64,000 nt of DNA from the human T2T-CHM13v2.0 reference genome, Homo sapiens, in assembly GCF_009914755.1 (NCBI RefSeq), contig NC_060947.1; one strand, written 5' to 3'. Positions 1 through 12,030 of the stretch are shown here, one piece after another; the stretch's first letter is position 1, and every line of letters starts with the position of its first letter. Both the position numbers and the translations under genes were made by a program. The notes under the pieces were generated by a model, which saw only the letters and a program-made list of their open reading frames with translations, ran no database searches and was not told the origin of the DNA.

Positions 1-105
1 ATTCCACCAATATTTAGTAAGCACCTATCTTGCACTGCCCCAGTACCTGGGGACAGATTCACTGCTGAACAAAACAGATAAAGACTCCATCCTTGAGAAG
101 TTTCC
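1..105 (-). mobile_element. L2 3'-end fragment
   Basis: Resembles the L2 tail consensus (cattcaacaaatatttattgagcacctac...); highly diverged. Confidence 0.5.
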
Positions 106-1264
106 AACAAGAGAGAGGCAGTTACAGAGCCTGAACAGCCCCTGCTTGGAAATCAAGCTTGCTTATGTTTGCATTTCTATAGTTAAGAAAAGAAAGAAAT
201 GCGTCTCTTTGTAACAAAGTAGGGATTACGAATACCACACCAAGGGCTTATAACTTCCACCCCAAGGAAAGGACAATAATAAAAGGGGGCAGATGCCGTT
301 CCCCACTCATAAACAGTCTTCTGCAGGCCTTGGCTCTAGGCTGAGAACAAATCCCACCTGTGTCCCTCTACGACCAACCCAGTCAGCTCTGGAGCCCTTT
401 GATTAGTTTTGCCTCTTCTAGAACTTCACATAAATGTGCTAAGATACAATTTCACCGTGCCCCAAGAGTGAATCTCACCTTTGGCCCAGAGCTGGGAGCA
501 GAGCAGCTTACACCTGGTAGCGTTTGAGAACGATGGAATAAAACCACTTCAACAGTTTCTATCTGAGGGCCTTGCAATTTTCATGTCTTTACAATCAACA
601 GCATCTAAGTGGGTTCAGGGTCCAAGGAAGTAGTTTTTAAATCTTAACCCTGTTGGAGATTGGGCAAACACCTGGGTGAACTTCAATACTCCCATCCCCA
701 CCCCTTCTTGCACCCCATTTGTAAGGCACTAAAGAGGAAGTCTGTGACTGAAAAGATGGCGTGCTCCCTGTGAGTGCTTGGCTATTCAGGCCAGTTCCTA
801 TTTATCACCCCTGAAGTTTTACCTGTCAACTGGACTGAGAAGGGGTATGGAGGCTTTATCAGGTCTACAGTCTACCCAAGGGCACAAGTAGCAAGACAGA
901 AAAAGTTCATCTAAGGATGACTATAGCTTTTTTTCATCCAGTGAATACTTTGATACCCAAACCCCAGTCAGAAGCACACTGGAGGGGTGGGTTTGAGGGA
1001 AGCCTGGGGTTAGGGGGATGCACCCAGACAAACGAAGTCAGCTTCATTGTTTCAAGAGTTGTTTTACCATTCTTCCCATAAAAGAAAAGTGACACATCAA
1101 AGTCTAAGGAAAGGCCCACACCTTAAAGCTGCTAAAATTTTCCTCAAATTTTTTTTTCAGGAGTAACTAAATGAAAATTGTAATACTGTTCCTTTCTCTT
1201 ACTTGGGAAAGGTGTTTTGAGAATTTTTAAAACGCTAAAAAAATGTTAAGACAGCTTTTAAAGC

Positions 1265-1495
1265 TTTTTTAAAATTGAAGTATAATTTACATAAATGCAG
1301 AACTTAACAATACAAGCTGATTAGTTTTGACAAACGCCCATTGTAGCCAACACCTCTATTAACATAAAAAGCATTTCCATCACTCCAGAAAGTTCCCTGT
1401 GCCCCTTCCTAGTCAATCCACCTCCAAGCAATCATTAATCTGATTTCTATCACCTTTGATTCATTTTACTTCTTCTAGAACTTCATATAAATGTG
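1265..1495 (-). mobile_element. Old L1M 3' UTR fragment
   Basis: ttgaagtataatttacata...ccagaaagttccctgtgcccc...ctagaacttcatataaatg is typical of L1MB/MC/ME 3' ends. Confidence 0.7.
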
Positions 1496-4400
1496 CTGAG
1501 ACATAATTTAACTTTTTAAATATCGCTGAAAATAATACAAATTATTTCTGGTAAACATGTTTTTCTATCAGTAGAACTGGTGAAAAAAAAATATATCTTT
1601 AAGGGGGGCATTTCCTGAAGGCATAAACACCTACACTATTTTCAATCTCAGAGGATGTGGGAAAGCTGGCTATGCCAAATATAAACAAGCATTATCTAGG
1701 TCCTAAATGGCTGGACCAATATTTTCCCCTAATTCTTGTGTAGTTCATTGTATGATTACCTCTTTCTGGCTGGGCCAGAACATTCCATTCACATAGGGAA
1801 GCTGATTTTCATTCCCTCCCCTCACTCTTCTGAGAACAAGGCTATTCTACATGAGAGGCGGCCCTCGAAGAGAAATCTGTAGAGTAATTGGAAGGGAAGT
1901 CATTTAAGAAAACATATACAATTTCTATTTAAGACTTAGGCCAACTGCCCAACAAGACAGAGCAACATCCATGATTTTTCATCAGAGTGGAAAGGGTTTC
2001 TGGTAGAGCTTTCGGAAACTTCCTTCAGCAGTGCTTGATAATCCTGTCCTTCAAAAACAGCCACAGGTCCCCAAATTCCTAAGTGAGTCCAATACTAAGG
2101 TCTTTCTATCATTCCAATTAAAAAATATGAACAAATGGTAACACAAGCCAGCAAGATAACCTTTCTGATGAATCAAGATCCTCAAGTTTTCTCCCATTGC
2201 TATTTCCAGGTGAGAAAATGGTTATGGGGATATGTTCACCTGGGAAACCTCCAGATTAGGAATCTTTAAACAGGCGCTCCTTTGAAAGTTCAGTGTGGCC
2301 AGCACTATAACTTTGATCTCAACCCCATTTCATTGCATCCACCAGCACCTGCTTTCTATACTCTACACCTAAAGTATTAGGGGAGGTCTGCATTAGGGGA
2401 GGTCCCAAAGTTTCACAGGTCCTCCCCTAATGCAGAGCAAGGCTCTACTAACACCATGTCCTCCTTCCTCCAGCACCTAACACAAATACCACTCACCATC
2501 TGCATCTTCAGTTGAAACCTCACCTATTCTACAAAGCATCTTCTTCACCCTCTGTGACTACTCCTATTTTTAAATTCCTCTCTCGTTCGTCAATGCCATC
2601 ATTTGCCACTCTGGTAACATCTTGGGTTGATAGTTACCTTAGCTGTGTATATCTTGCCCTCCCTCACTAGACTGAGCATGTTTCAAGGGACAGGTTCTGT
2701 TCAATCAATCCCCAAATCTCAATAAACACAGTTTCTCTCAGAGTGTAAGCACTGAAATATTTGATAAATCCCACAGCTATGCAAATCTATTATAAATACC
2801 TTTAAACTTGCAAATATGCTACTTTTATATGATTGCAGCCTGTTTTGCATGCTGATGATTCAAATCTAATCAACTTTCTCTTCTAAACACGGCTTCCTTC
2901 TCCTTAATATGAATGTTTTACCATCTCTGCACATTAGGAAATCAGAGGTTTTCACCTCAAAGTTATTTGGAGAAATAATTGTAGAACAGCCCAAGCTCTT
3001 TGGATTATCAAATTCCAATAAGCAGATATTTTATATTAATGTTATCTTCTTTTTGCAAAGAGATACACACCCTTCTAAAGCAAGGCGATTATCTTAACAG
3101 GTCAGAACTTCAGTATGCTTCGATCACCTATTAACTGATCAGCCTTTGAATAAACTTGACTTCTCATGGGCAAAAAATGACATGAGGATGTGGGCCTATC
3201 CACACCCACAAAAGTTGTCTGACTGATTTAAAGTTTTGATGACGTTCAAGGGCCTATTTAACTCTAGCTGAGTGGACCAAATATTCCATGGGCACAAGAA
3301 GGAAGATGCAAAAGTACTTTGAAAGTGGAAGTTATCATCTTTGCAAGCCACAAAACCAGGTTAGGCTTTAAGCCAGCCTGACTGGGGGCCACTGAGAAAC
3401 ACCCCAAAAAGTAACCATAAAGAACACATAAAAGCAAGAATCTTTGAACATCCCTTGGGCCACGACTGAGAGACTGGCTAAGACCAAGCTAATCCAACAC
3501 AAGAGGAAAAGTGGCTCCTTTCCCAGGCTCTAGATAACATAGAAAAACAAAGTGGCTTCAATGCACTTTAAAAAAAAAACAAAAAACAAAACGAAACAAC
3601 AACAATGACAAAAACACATCATAAGCCAAAAAGCCTGCATAAAAATTCCAGGGGCCTTCAAATGCCATTTCTCCTGTAAATCTCATTCACACGCCATCTC
3701 TGTTCTTCCTATAATTAGAACTTTGCCTGTATTTATTTGTCTTCTCCACTCAGGATAAAAATGACCCAGTGTGTATTCACAATGATTTCTTTAAAAATAT
3801 CAATCCAGGAATTCACAGCCTGCTACTTTCCTTTTGAATTGGCAGTCTGGTTCCTTTAGGTTCACAATGATGATTTCTTTTCACAGCACAACCACCACTC
3901 TCCAGCCAGGAGCCAGAAGCATGGCAGGTGCTTTCTTGGCAGGTGCTTTGCTTTGCCAACTCCACTATGCCCACACTGCCCTGAGCACTCCCTTCCTTCC
4001 CTAAACCACGCTTTGGAGGCTGGCTCAGGCTGAGCATTCAGGGCTGGTAGACTCGCTCCTGCCAGGTGAGCAAGCTGTTCACCCGACTAAGGGTCAAGGT
4101 TGTTTCTACCTAAACCTGCTTAAGCCTTTTGCTCATTAATGGTAGCACACATTTGGTTAAATTGCACAAAAATATACAGGTGTGAAGAGAAAGAGTTGGT
4201 GGTGAGGAGGGATAAAGGTAATGATCTGAATGTTTAAAAAAAAAAAACTGTTGCCAAATTTGGTGTGAAGGCAACAACTAAAGAAGATAAGGGGTTGGAG
4301 GCGGGTGGGGGGCTGTAGAACTTGAGAAGGAAACCAATGGGAATCATAGAGGATGCACTATGGATGCAGAGATAGATGGAACTCAAACCAGCAAACCCAT

Positions 4401-4605
4401 ATTTAGGGAAGTGGCCTTGGCCCCATGTCATAAGATTGTATTGATAAATGATGAATGAATATTCATTTTGATATTTTAAGCTAAAATTAGATATTAAGGC
4501 AGATGTTTTAGGACTTTAGGATTCTCTACTTGATTCAACTCTTTCAAAAAAACTAGTCCATACATTCAAAATCCTCCTAAGGCTTATCTGTCAGGGCAAA
4601 AAGAG

Positions 4606-4609
<4 letters not shown>

Positions 4610-4666
<57 letters not shown>
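4610..4666. repeat. (TG)28 microsatellite
   Basis: Uninterrupted TG dinucleotide run. Confidence 0.98.
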
Positions 4667-4668
<2 letters not shown>

Positions 4669-5517
4669 AGCTTTGCAAAATTAGAGAAATCCATCTATTA
4701 ATCAATAAAAATATAATATATACATACACAATACATGTTATATTTTATTAATAGATTAATCCTACAGTATTGCAAAACTATTATGTTCTTGCTTTGATCT
4801 CTCTGTGATTTAGGGGTTTTTGTTTATTGCTTTTTTCTGTTTATTTTTAATCATCAGTGGAATTAGAGAGGAGCTACATTTAGCATTTATATAACATTCA
4901 CTATAAGAGAAAAGGACAGATTTTATATTATACAGTGACAAGGGCCCAGTCTCTGCAATATAACAAGTAAACTGGAACAATGGGGAGTTTTTGATCGTAT
5001 TTTAAAACTTTGGATTAAAAGGCCAGCCTTTACGTTTTGTTTTATGTAAATATCATAGACTATATGGTTATTTTTTCCTTTTTCCTATTTGAAGCAAGTC
5101 CAGAATGACGAACAGGATTTAGCTGGCAGCGAATAATAGAAAGGAGGCTGGTATTGTAGATGATGGCAAAGGCCTATCAGCCTCTAGGCAAATCCAGTAA
5201 CAGCTCTGCGAGTGCTCCTCTTTCTCCTTTAAGCAATCAACGTTCAGTTTCTCTGCAGCCAATAGGCAGGCAAAAGTGGGCAATATTTCTGAGAAATGTA
5301 TTAATCATTTTCCTTGTCTTGACTTGTGGTTTTTCTTAATGCATTATTACAATATTAAAAGAAAAGTTATCTTCTATGACAGAAGCATTTTCAATTCTTG
5401 TTCCCTTTCAGTCTTTGATCACAAGCATATAGATATATTTTACATGGTTTTATCCTAGTGTATGCAATTTTGTGTTCTGATTTGTTCAATTTGCAAAAAA
5501 CTCTTTTTGTATTTCCA

Positions 5518-6490
5518 TTGATTCATTTACTTATTCAGCAAGCATTTATTAAAGTGCAGATTAGGTTTCAGGCACTATTCTAGGTACCACAAATATAAAA
5601 ATAGATAAAAATCAGGTCCCTGCCATTGAAAAGCTCTCAGCTTAGAATATAACAGATCATTACAATGCAAAGTATCATAACAAATACATATCTAAAAACC
5701 TCTGTGTTTACCATCTTAATGGCTTCACAACGTTCTACTTGGAAAATACAACTTAATTCTCCTTCTTATTTTTCATTATCACAAATACTGCTGTAATTAA
5801 CACGTTTCACATGTTTCTTCTTTCATTAATCAGTTTCTGTGGATAAATTCTCAGGAATGAGATCACTGAGTCAAAAAGTGTTATTCAGATATTGATAGCT
5901 TTTGACATACCTTGCCAAATAGCTTCATAATACAGACATACAAATTCACCAGTTCTTCTATGCCTTGCCAACAGCTTAACCACTAAATATTTTCTTAGGA
6001 TTTTCATAAGTAAAAACCCATTATTGTCTTAATTTGTATTTATTTAATTAACAGTCGAGTGGAACATTTTCTTGTGGTTAAGACTTTTTTCTCCGTCTGG
6101 GATCTGTGTTTATGGCAAATTTATCTACTATTTATCATTGTTATAATAGCTTCCTAATATTTTCACATACTACATATATAATAACTTCTGTCATAATTTA
6201 TTGCAAATGTTTTCCTATTTATTGTTCTCTTTCCTTAGCTGGACTAGCTTCAAATCGTACCAAAATCTTAACCATTTTTCTTATTAGTCACATCTGTTTA
6301 TTTTTTCTTCTGGAATTTCTTTCCATGGTTACAGCCTTAAGAAATTTGTCATTCTACCACCGAAATAAATGTTCTCTGTTGTCCATTCATTTTTTCACTC
6401 ATTCAACTTTCAATAAATGTCTCCTATGTGCCCTGCTTGCCACCAGGGGTAAAAAAGGATGAATGACATGTTAATTATCCAAAATTCGGA
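5518..6490 (-). mobile_element. Degenerate L2 fragments flanking an old L1M relic
   Basis: L2-like tails at about 5518-5680 and 6385-6490, with AT-rich L1ME-like sequence between them. Confidence 0.45.
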
Positions 6491-6924
6491 AGTAGGTAAA
6501 AGGGGTTCCTGCATGCCCTCCCAGTGCCACACTGGGGACCCCATTAATTGCTTCTGGAGGGACATGTATCTCTGCTTGGCACACTATGTACTATTTATGA
6601 GGCTAGTTTACAACTCTGTTACTGTGGATGTCAACTGGTGAAAACTGAGAGCACTGCAAATGATTCTTGCCAGGTAGTAACAAAAATAAATTTTGACGAG
6701 CAGAAATGCAAAGGATTTGTCCCCTAGAAAAGATAACCTCAAAGGTTACAGTTTTATTGCACTGTAGGGCACTATGTAGTTTTGCATGTAACTTAGCAAT
6801 CTTAAATTTTTTCAGTCATTATCTTTGCTCTTTCACAATTCTCTTCAGGCCAGCCTTACCATCTTACAGATCCCTTCATTAATGAGTTAAATAAAACTCT
6901 GACACATGTTCACATTAGGTTATG

Positions 6925-7400
6925 TATGAGAGCTAGGAAATCTGGCTTCTAGCATCACCCCTGCCACTTCCACTCACATGACAGCTCCCTTAAAGTCATC
7001 CTCAACTTCTAGCTTCCTTTTCTATGAATTGTGGGTTTCTGTAAGGTCAGAGGGTATCAGCAAGCAATAAGCAAATGGAAAACTGTGTTTCTAGATATAG
7101 ATACAACTGTTGAATCAGAATGAATGATAAGGTTCTAAGCCTGAAACCCAGGATCCCCTAGGCCTGAGGGAATCTGGAGGGACATTTCACTAGCAGGAAT
7201 AAGAGAATGTGGTACAGCAGGAAGAGTGAGGGTCTCCAGTCACAGGGACCAGGCTTGGCCATCAGCCCTGCGTCTTCTAGGGTCTCTTGATCCTCCTTCC
7301 TCATCCCGCACAATAAACCGTGTGGGCTGAGGAAATGGGCTAATGCTTAAAGAATCTTGTCACATCTGCCACATACTAGGTCTTCTAAGAAATGTCACTC
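6925..7400 (+). mobile_element. Two MIR fragments
   Basis: MIR-like cores at about 6925-7030 and 7205-7400. Confidence 0.45.
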
Positions 7401-7787
7401 CTTTTTTTGCCCTCTAAATCCACAGCGTCCCCCACAATGAATACTAAATCCATGCTCTAAAGATGGATCTGGGTCACTCTGGATGCCCAGAGTCTATGCT
7501 CAATTCAAGTAGAAGAGAAACTTGGTGGCACTGCGTTGGAAATTCGGAGGTATTTAGTAAGCTGTGTTAGAGACAATGCTTTCCAATGGCCCCAGGTATG
7601 AACTCAGCTGGCTTGGGGGCATTCCTCTGGGGAAAGCCATTTTCTCAGACAGGAGACTCAACTAGAGGATCCCTAACTTCAAGGCCAAACAGCCTGTGAG
7701 TCTGTAGCAAGGCGTCTTCATGGGTGGGTAAGCAGTGACTATGACAGCCCATTCGAGGCCATTGCACTGCCCGGCCAGGTCGCTTAC

Positions 7788-7891
7788 CTCTCCTACCACC
7801 TCTATGATGTCGCCAACTTTCAGCTCAAGTTCATCGTCATTCTGGGGCAGGTAGCTGAATGCCACCTGGCACCGGCGCCTCCGTCGCTCGC
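7788..7891 (-). CDS. SH3KBP1: SH3KBP1/CIN85 coding exon (canonical exon 4, about aa 96-130; N-terminal half of SH3B)
   Basis: Minus strand reads ttttcccatccAG|GC GAG CGA CGG...GTA GGA GAG|GTAAGC. 104 nt encoding (G)[34 protein letters not shown] with the SH3 RT-loop motif FSY..DDELEL..GDII. The phase-1 start completes the split Gly codon from the 47226 donor. Confidence 0.97.
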
Positions 7892-8737
7892 CTGGATGGG
7901 AAAAGCAAAATATTTAGAGACAGCTCTTCTCCCCAAATCAGATTTTAAAGAGAGGCTTCCTAGGCATGCAGGCAAATTAAGCTGACTTGTCTCAAATATG
8001 CTCTCTGGGACATGGCTTGAGGCACGGCAGCCCTGGTCTCTTAGAGAGAGGCAGTAGAAAGCAGAGCAATGCTTCTTGGTCTTTTAAAAGCTGCTGGGTC
8101 AGAAAGGCATGGATATGAGAAACCGATCCATTGGTGCAGAAGGCAAATACCCCACCCCTGAAGCACTGGAGCACAGTGTTGCCTTAAACGGTTTTCCATA
8201 GATGGGGCTTTGTATTTGCTGCTGTTGATTTTTAATGGAAGCTGATGTGATGTGGTAGAGAAAAAAGAATGGTCTGCTTCTAATGCTAGCAAGGCAGAGG
8301 GGATTTTTCTAAATGTGCAAAGGAAAGATAAAGTATCCTGGCCTTTTTCTTACTAATCGTCACCCTTTCAACATACGGGAACTCAAGCCTGATAAGTGAA
8401 GGCTGATTAGATTTCAGCCTGCTCTTGGTACCATTTCAAACACCCCCACAGGATTCAACAAATCTACTTCTGTCCTCTTCCCTCTGTCCCAGGGGATCCA
8501 TTAACAGGATCCCCAGCTACTTACGCAGAACCAAGCCAGACAAATCAAGATAAGAGCCAGGGCCACACTTCACTCAACCAGAGGACACTCAGGGTTACAA
8601 CATCTCACTCACCCAGCATGTCCTATCTGGGAGACCCTGGCTTAGAGCTGGTTCAAGTACAGACACAACTGTCCACAGCATATCCACACCACAGATGTGC
8701 ACTATGTGGAGAAAGAACGTGTATGGGGGTGAGGGTG

Positions 8738-8782
<45 letters not shown>

Positions 8783-8783
8783 G
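8738..8783. repeat. (AGAC)11 tetranucleotide microsatellite
   Basis: Perfect AGAC/GACA array. Confidence 0.97.
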
Positions 8784-10974
8784 CAGTGGAGGCCCAAGCC
8801 AGGGAGGTGGATGGGAGGTAGGAAGTGAGACCGACATTGCTCAGAAGTTTGTCGTTCATGGCTGACCGCCTCACACCATTCCTTCATGCCACTGCATGGC
8901 CTAGAAAACCAAAGGGATCAATGACTTCAAAGAAACACATTTAGAAATGCTTAAATTATTTTTTAGCACTGCCTACAGGGATTCTTTTTCTTCTCTAATC
9001 TTTTCTCTGAGAAAGGAAGTCCATGCAGAGGTGATCACAGGGCACATTAAGGCCCCAATGCAGGATGACATCATATAAAGGGGAAGGTCTCTGTGCTACA
9101 TCGGATGTGTGCCCTGATCAATATGTTTCAAAAGCCGGCAGCCTAGTTCTCTCTGTTCCATTTTTCTTGCCTGTACCTCACTAAGCAAGAACAGAGTTGA
9201 ATAGAAGGAAGAGGGCAGAAGTTCAGAATCGATATCTTGTCTAATCACATCTTTGGTGACTCCACAAATACTCTCCACCCCTTTGTGCAAAATTACAAGC
9301 CTCTGGGTCTTAGGAACAAACACAGCATTTCCAGGGCAATTCCTAGATGCTGATGGCACTGTCAGCAGGCTGAGTAGTGCAACCCCAAGGAGGGCTTGGC
9401 TCTCCCTAGGACAGAGGGCCCACTCCAACTTGCTTTTCCAAGGAGGAAAGTCAGGAGGAATGGGTATTCCGATGCAAAGAACGCCACCACTATACCATGG
9501 CTTCCCATACAATGGAAGGCAAATCAAGTACCCTGTACCATAAAGGATATGGATTTCTCATTCTAGCAAAGAAAGTCTAGATTACAAGGCAATCTTGGCA
9601 TCCCACTCCTGACCCCTGCGACTCCACTGGCCCCATAGATGCTTCTTAAAATGAAGTTCTACTACCAATCTTTAAAGGGCTTTCATTTGCTGGATGTTAT
9701 GTTAAAAGCAAACTCTGCAGACACAAATCTGAACATGAAACAAGTGAAATGACAAACGTCTGAAAACCAACACTCACAACCACAGAAGTCAAAGTCCTGA
9801 CCAAAGTGACTTAAAATAACACCATCTGAAGATCTAGTGTTAGCTGAAGCCATAAAACTTACAGTTGTATGTAAGTTCATATGTTCAAAAAACCCTCTGT
9901 AAAAAGTAGCATCTAATCCAACACTGCACAAATGGCAAAGGAGAGAGTGATCTATTCTTAGAGAAAAGACTAACCCAATGGATGTAGGACCTGAAACAGA
10001 ATAATGAGACTGCTCTTAAACCAAATCCCCGCATCGGACTTCCATAAAGGCCTGCCTGGTGTCAGAAGAATGATGTCTTCGCTACTTTCTCTCTGCCAGG
10101 CTAGTCCAGCCTCATGACTGTTACTGTTTTGGTAGCATAAAGTCCTACAAAGCTCACTGCCAACATGCCAAAGAGTAAGCCCTACAGAGGGCACAGGGGA
10201 GGGACCCAGAGGTGGCTGGTGGTAAAGATCACGTGACCTGATGCCAAGCACAATCATTCGCCCTCGCACTGGGATAGCTCACAAACCCTTCTGATATCCA
10301 TCACCCTCTCCTCCTGCCAACCACATGAGTTAAAAAATAAAAGCCAGAATGGGCAATCATTTTGCAAATGAGGAATCCAGGACTCAATGACTTACCCCAG
10401 GTCACCAAGCTAGTAAGTGGCAGCATTTCCTTAGCCTAAGTTCATAGTTCTCTCTCTAGTGCTGGATAAACTAATTCAATTCACATTTTGTGCCAAACTC
10501 TCTGCAATCTGTACTCAACTTCTTCCTGCAACACTGTACCACGTCACTTAGGTCTCTGCCATGGACCTCTCATTACAGAGAACACCAAACTCCTGGAATG
10601 CTGCTTTTCGAGGCCTCAACTATAGCCTGTCACTGATTTGAATTTGTTTGCCAGTACCACCTGACCTACAACCCAGTTCAAGGGGGATGCTTGAAGTTGG
10701 GAGAAATTGTATTTCAGTTGCATCCATCCATCTTAAACTTAAGGAAGTCTAAGAAAGTCATTTGTCATTTTTTTCCTCTCCTGGAATTTCACTGGTGTTT
10801 ACTAGTGAGTCTTGACCTTCCTTAAAGAGGTAAGGAGATGACAATGCCACCTCATTTCAATAGCTCACATAAACTAAAGGAAAAAAACTTATGACTTGCC
10901 TATGCCTGAGGTTTGGAATTCCTTAGTTTGAGCCACCACCTTCATGTCCAAATGAACTGGGAGTGGAATTTTTA

Positions 10975-11693
10975 CAGTAGTCCCCCCTTATCAACAGTTC
11001 CACTTTCTGCAGTTTCAGTTACCTGTGGCCACCTAAGGTCCAAAAATATTAAATGGAATATTCCAGAAATAAACAATTCATAACTTTTCAATTGCATGTC
11101 ATTCTCAGTAGTGTGATGAAACCTCATGCCATCCTGCTCCATCCTGTCCGGGATGTGAATCATCCATTTGTCCAGCGTCTCCACGCTACGGATGTTCCCT
11201 GCCCCTGAGTCACTGACACTGTCTGCTCCTCACATCTAACCACAGACAGCGTTGTGACTCCACGATCCAGGATCACTCAAAACAGATGATCCTCATTCTC
11301 ATAGATCATCAGAAGGTCAATAGTAGCCAAACGCTACGTCACAATGCCCACATCATTCACCTCGCTGCATTACATCATGTAGGCATTTTATCATCTCACA
11401 CCATCATAAGAAGGCTAAGTACAGTACAATAAGATATTTTGAGAAAGAGAAAGAGAACACATTCCCATAACTTTTATTATAGTATATTGTTAGTGTTGTA
11501 TTTTATTATTAGTGTTTTATTATTATTTATTGGTGTTAATCTCTTCCTGCGCTTAATTTATAAATTAATCTTTCTCATAGATATGTACGTATAGGGAAAG
11601 ACATAGTATATATAGGACTTGGCACTATTCATGGTTTCAGGCATCCACTAGGGGTCTTGAAATGTAGCACCCACGGGTAAGGGGGAACAACTG
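10975..11693 (+). mobile_element. MER44-family (Tigger7-derived) DNA transposon, full length
   Basis: Terminal inverted repeats CAGTAGTCCCCCCTTATC ... GGTAAGGGGGAACAACTG with TA target duplications at 10973-10974 and 11694-11695. Confidence 0.88.
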
Positions 11694-11834
11694 TATTAAG
11701 TGAAATAAGGGTTCGTTGATCACAAGCACTATGATACCACAATAGCCGATCTAATGATAACTGAGACAGCACACCCTCAACTCTCTCACTAGACCCCACG
11801 GCCCCCTTCCATTTGTGACCATTTACTGTTTAAT

Positions 11835-12030
11835 AAAATAGTAACATTTATTGAGCACCTACTATGTGCCATAGACTGCTAAGCACTTTACATATGCCAC
11901 CCCATTTAATCCTCACACTGAACCTCTGGGGTAGATTACTAACCCCCTTTTTACAGACAAGAAGACCTCGGAGGCACATAGAGATCATGTATTTTACCAG
12001 AGGATTTCAAACCAGGCAACGCAACTCCAG
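11835..12030 (-). mobile_element. MIR
   Basis: aacattttattgagcacctactatgtgcca...taatcctcac...ccctttttacaga. Confidence 0.75.

Noticed and set aside
934-1119. ORF containing NGKT, resembling SH3KBP1 exon 5 (VLNGKTGMFP)
   Set aside because: Only four residues match and there is no WWEG or FPSNF motif. The true next exon must lie left of the window.
4693-4756. Imperfect AT-rich inverted repeat next to (TG)28
   Set aside because: Low complexity and gapped; expected in AT-rich DNA.
7662-7787. ORF extension VSDLAGQC...LGIL after exon 4
   Set aside because: This is intron read-through past the consensus GAG|GTAAGC donor.
9096-9543. Overlapping 143-aa and 96-aa ORFs
   Set aside because: No recognisable domain, non-ATG starts, and lengths within chance expectation.
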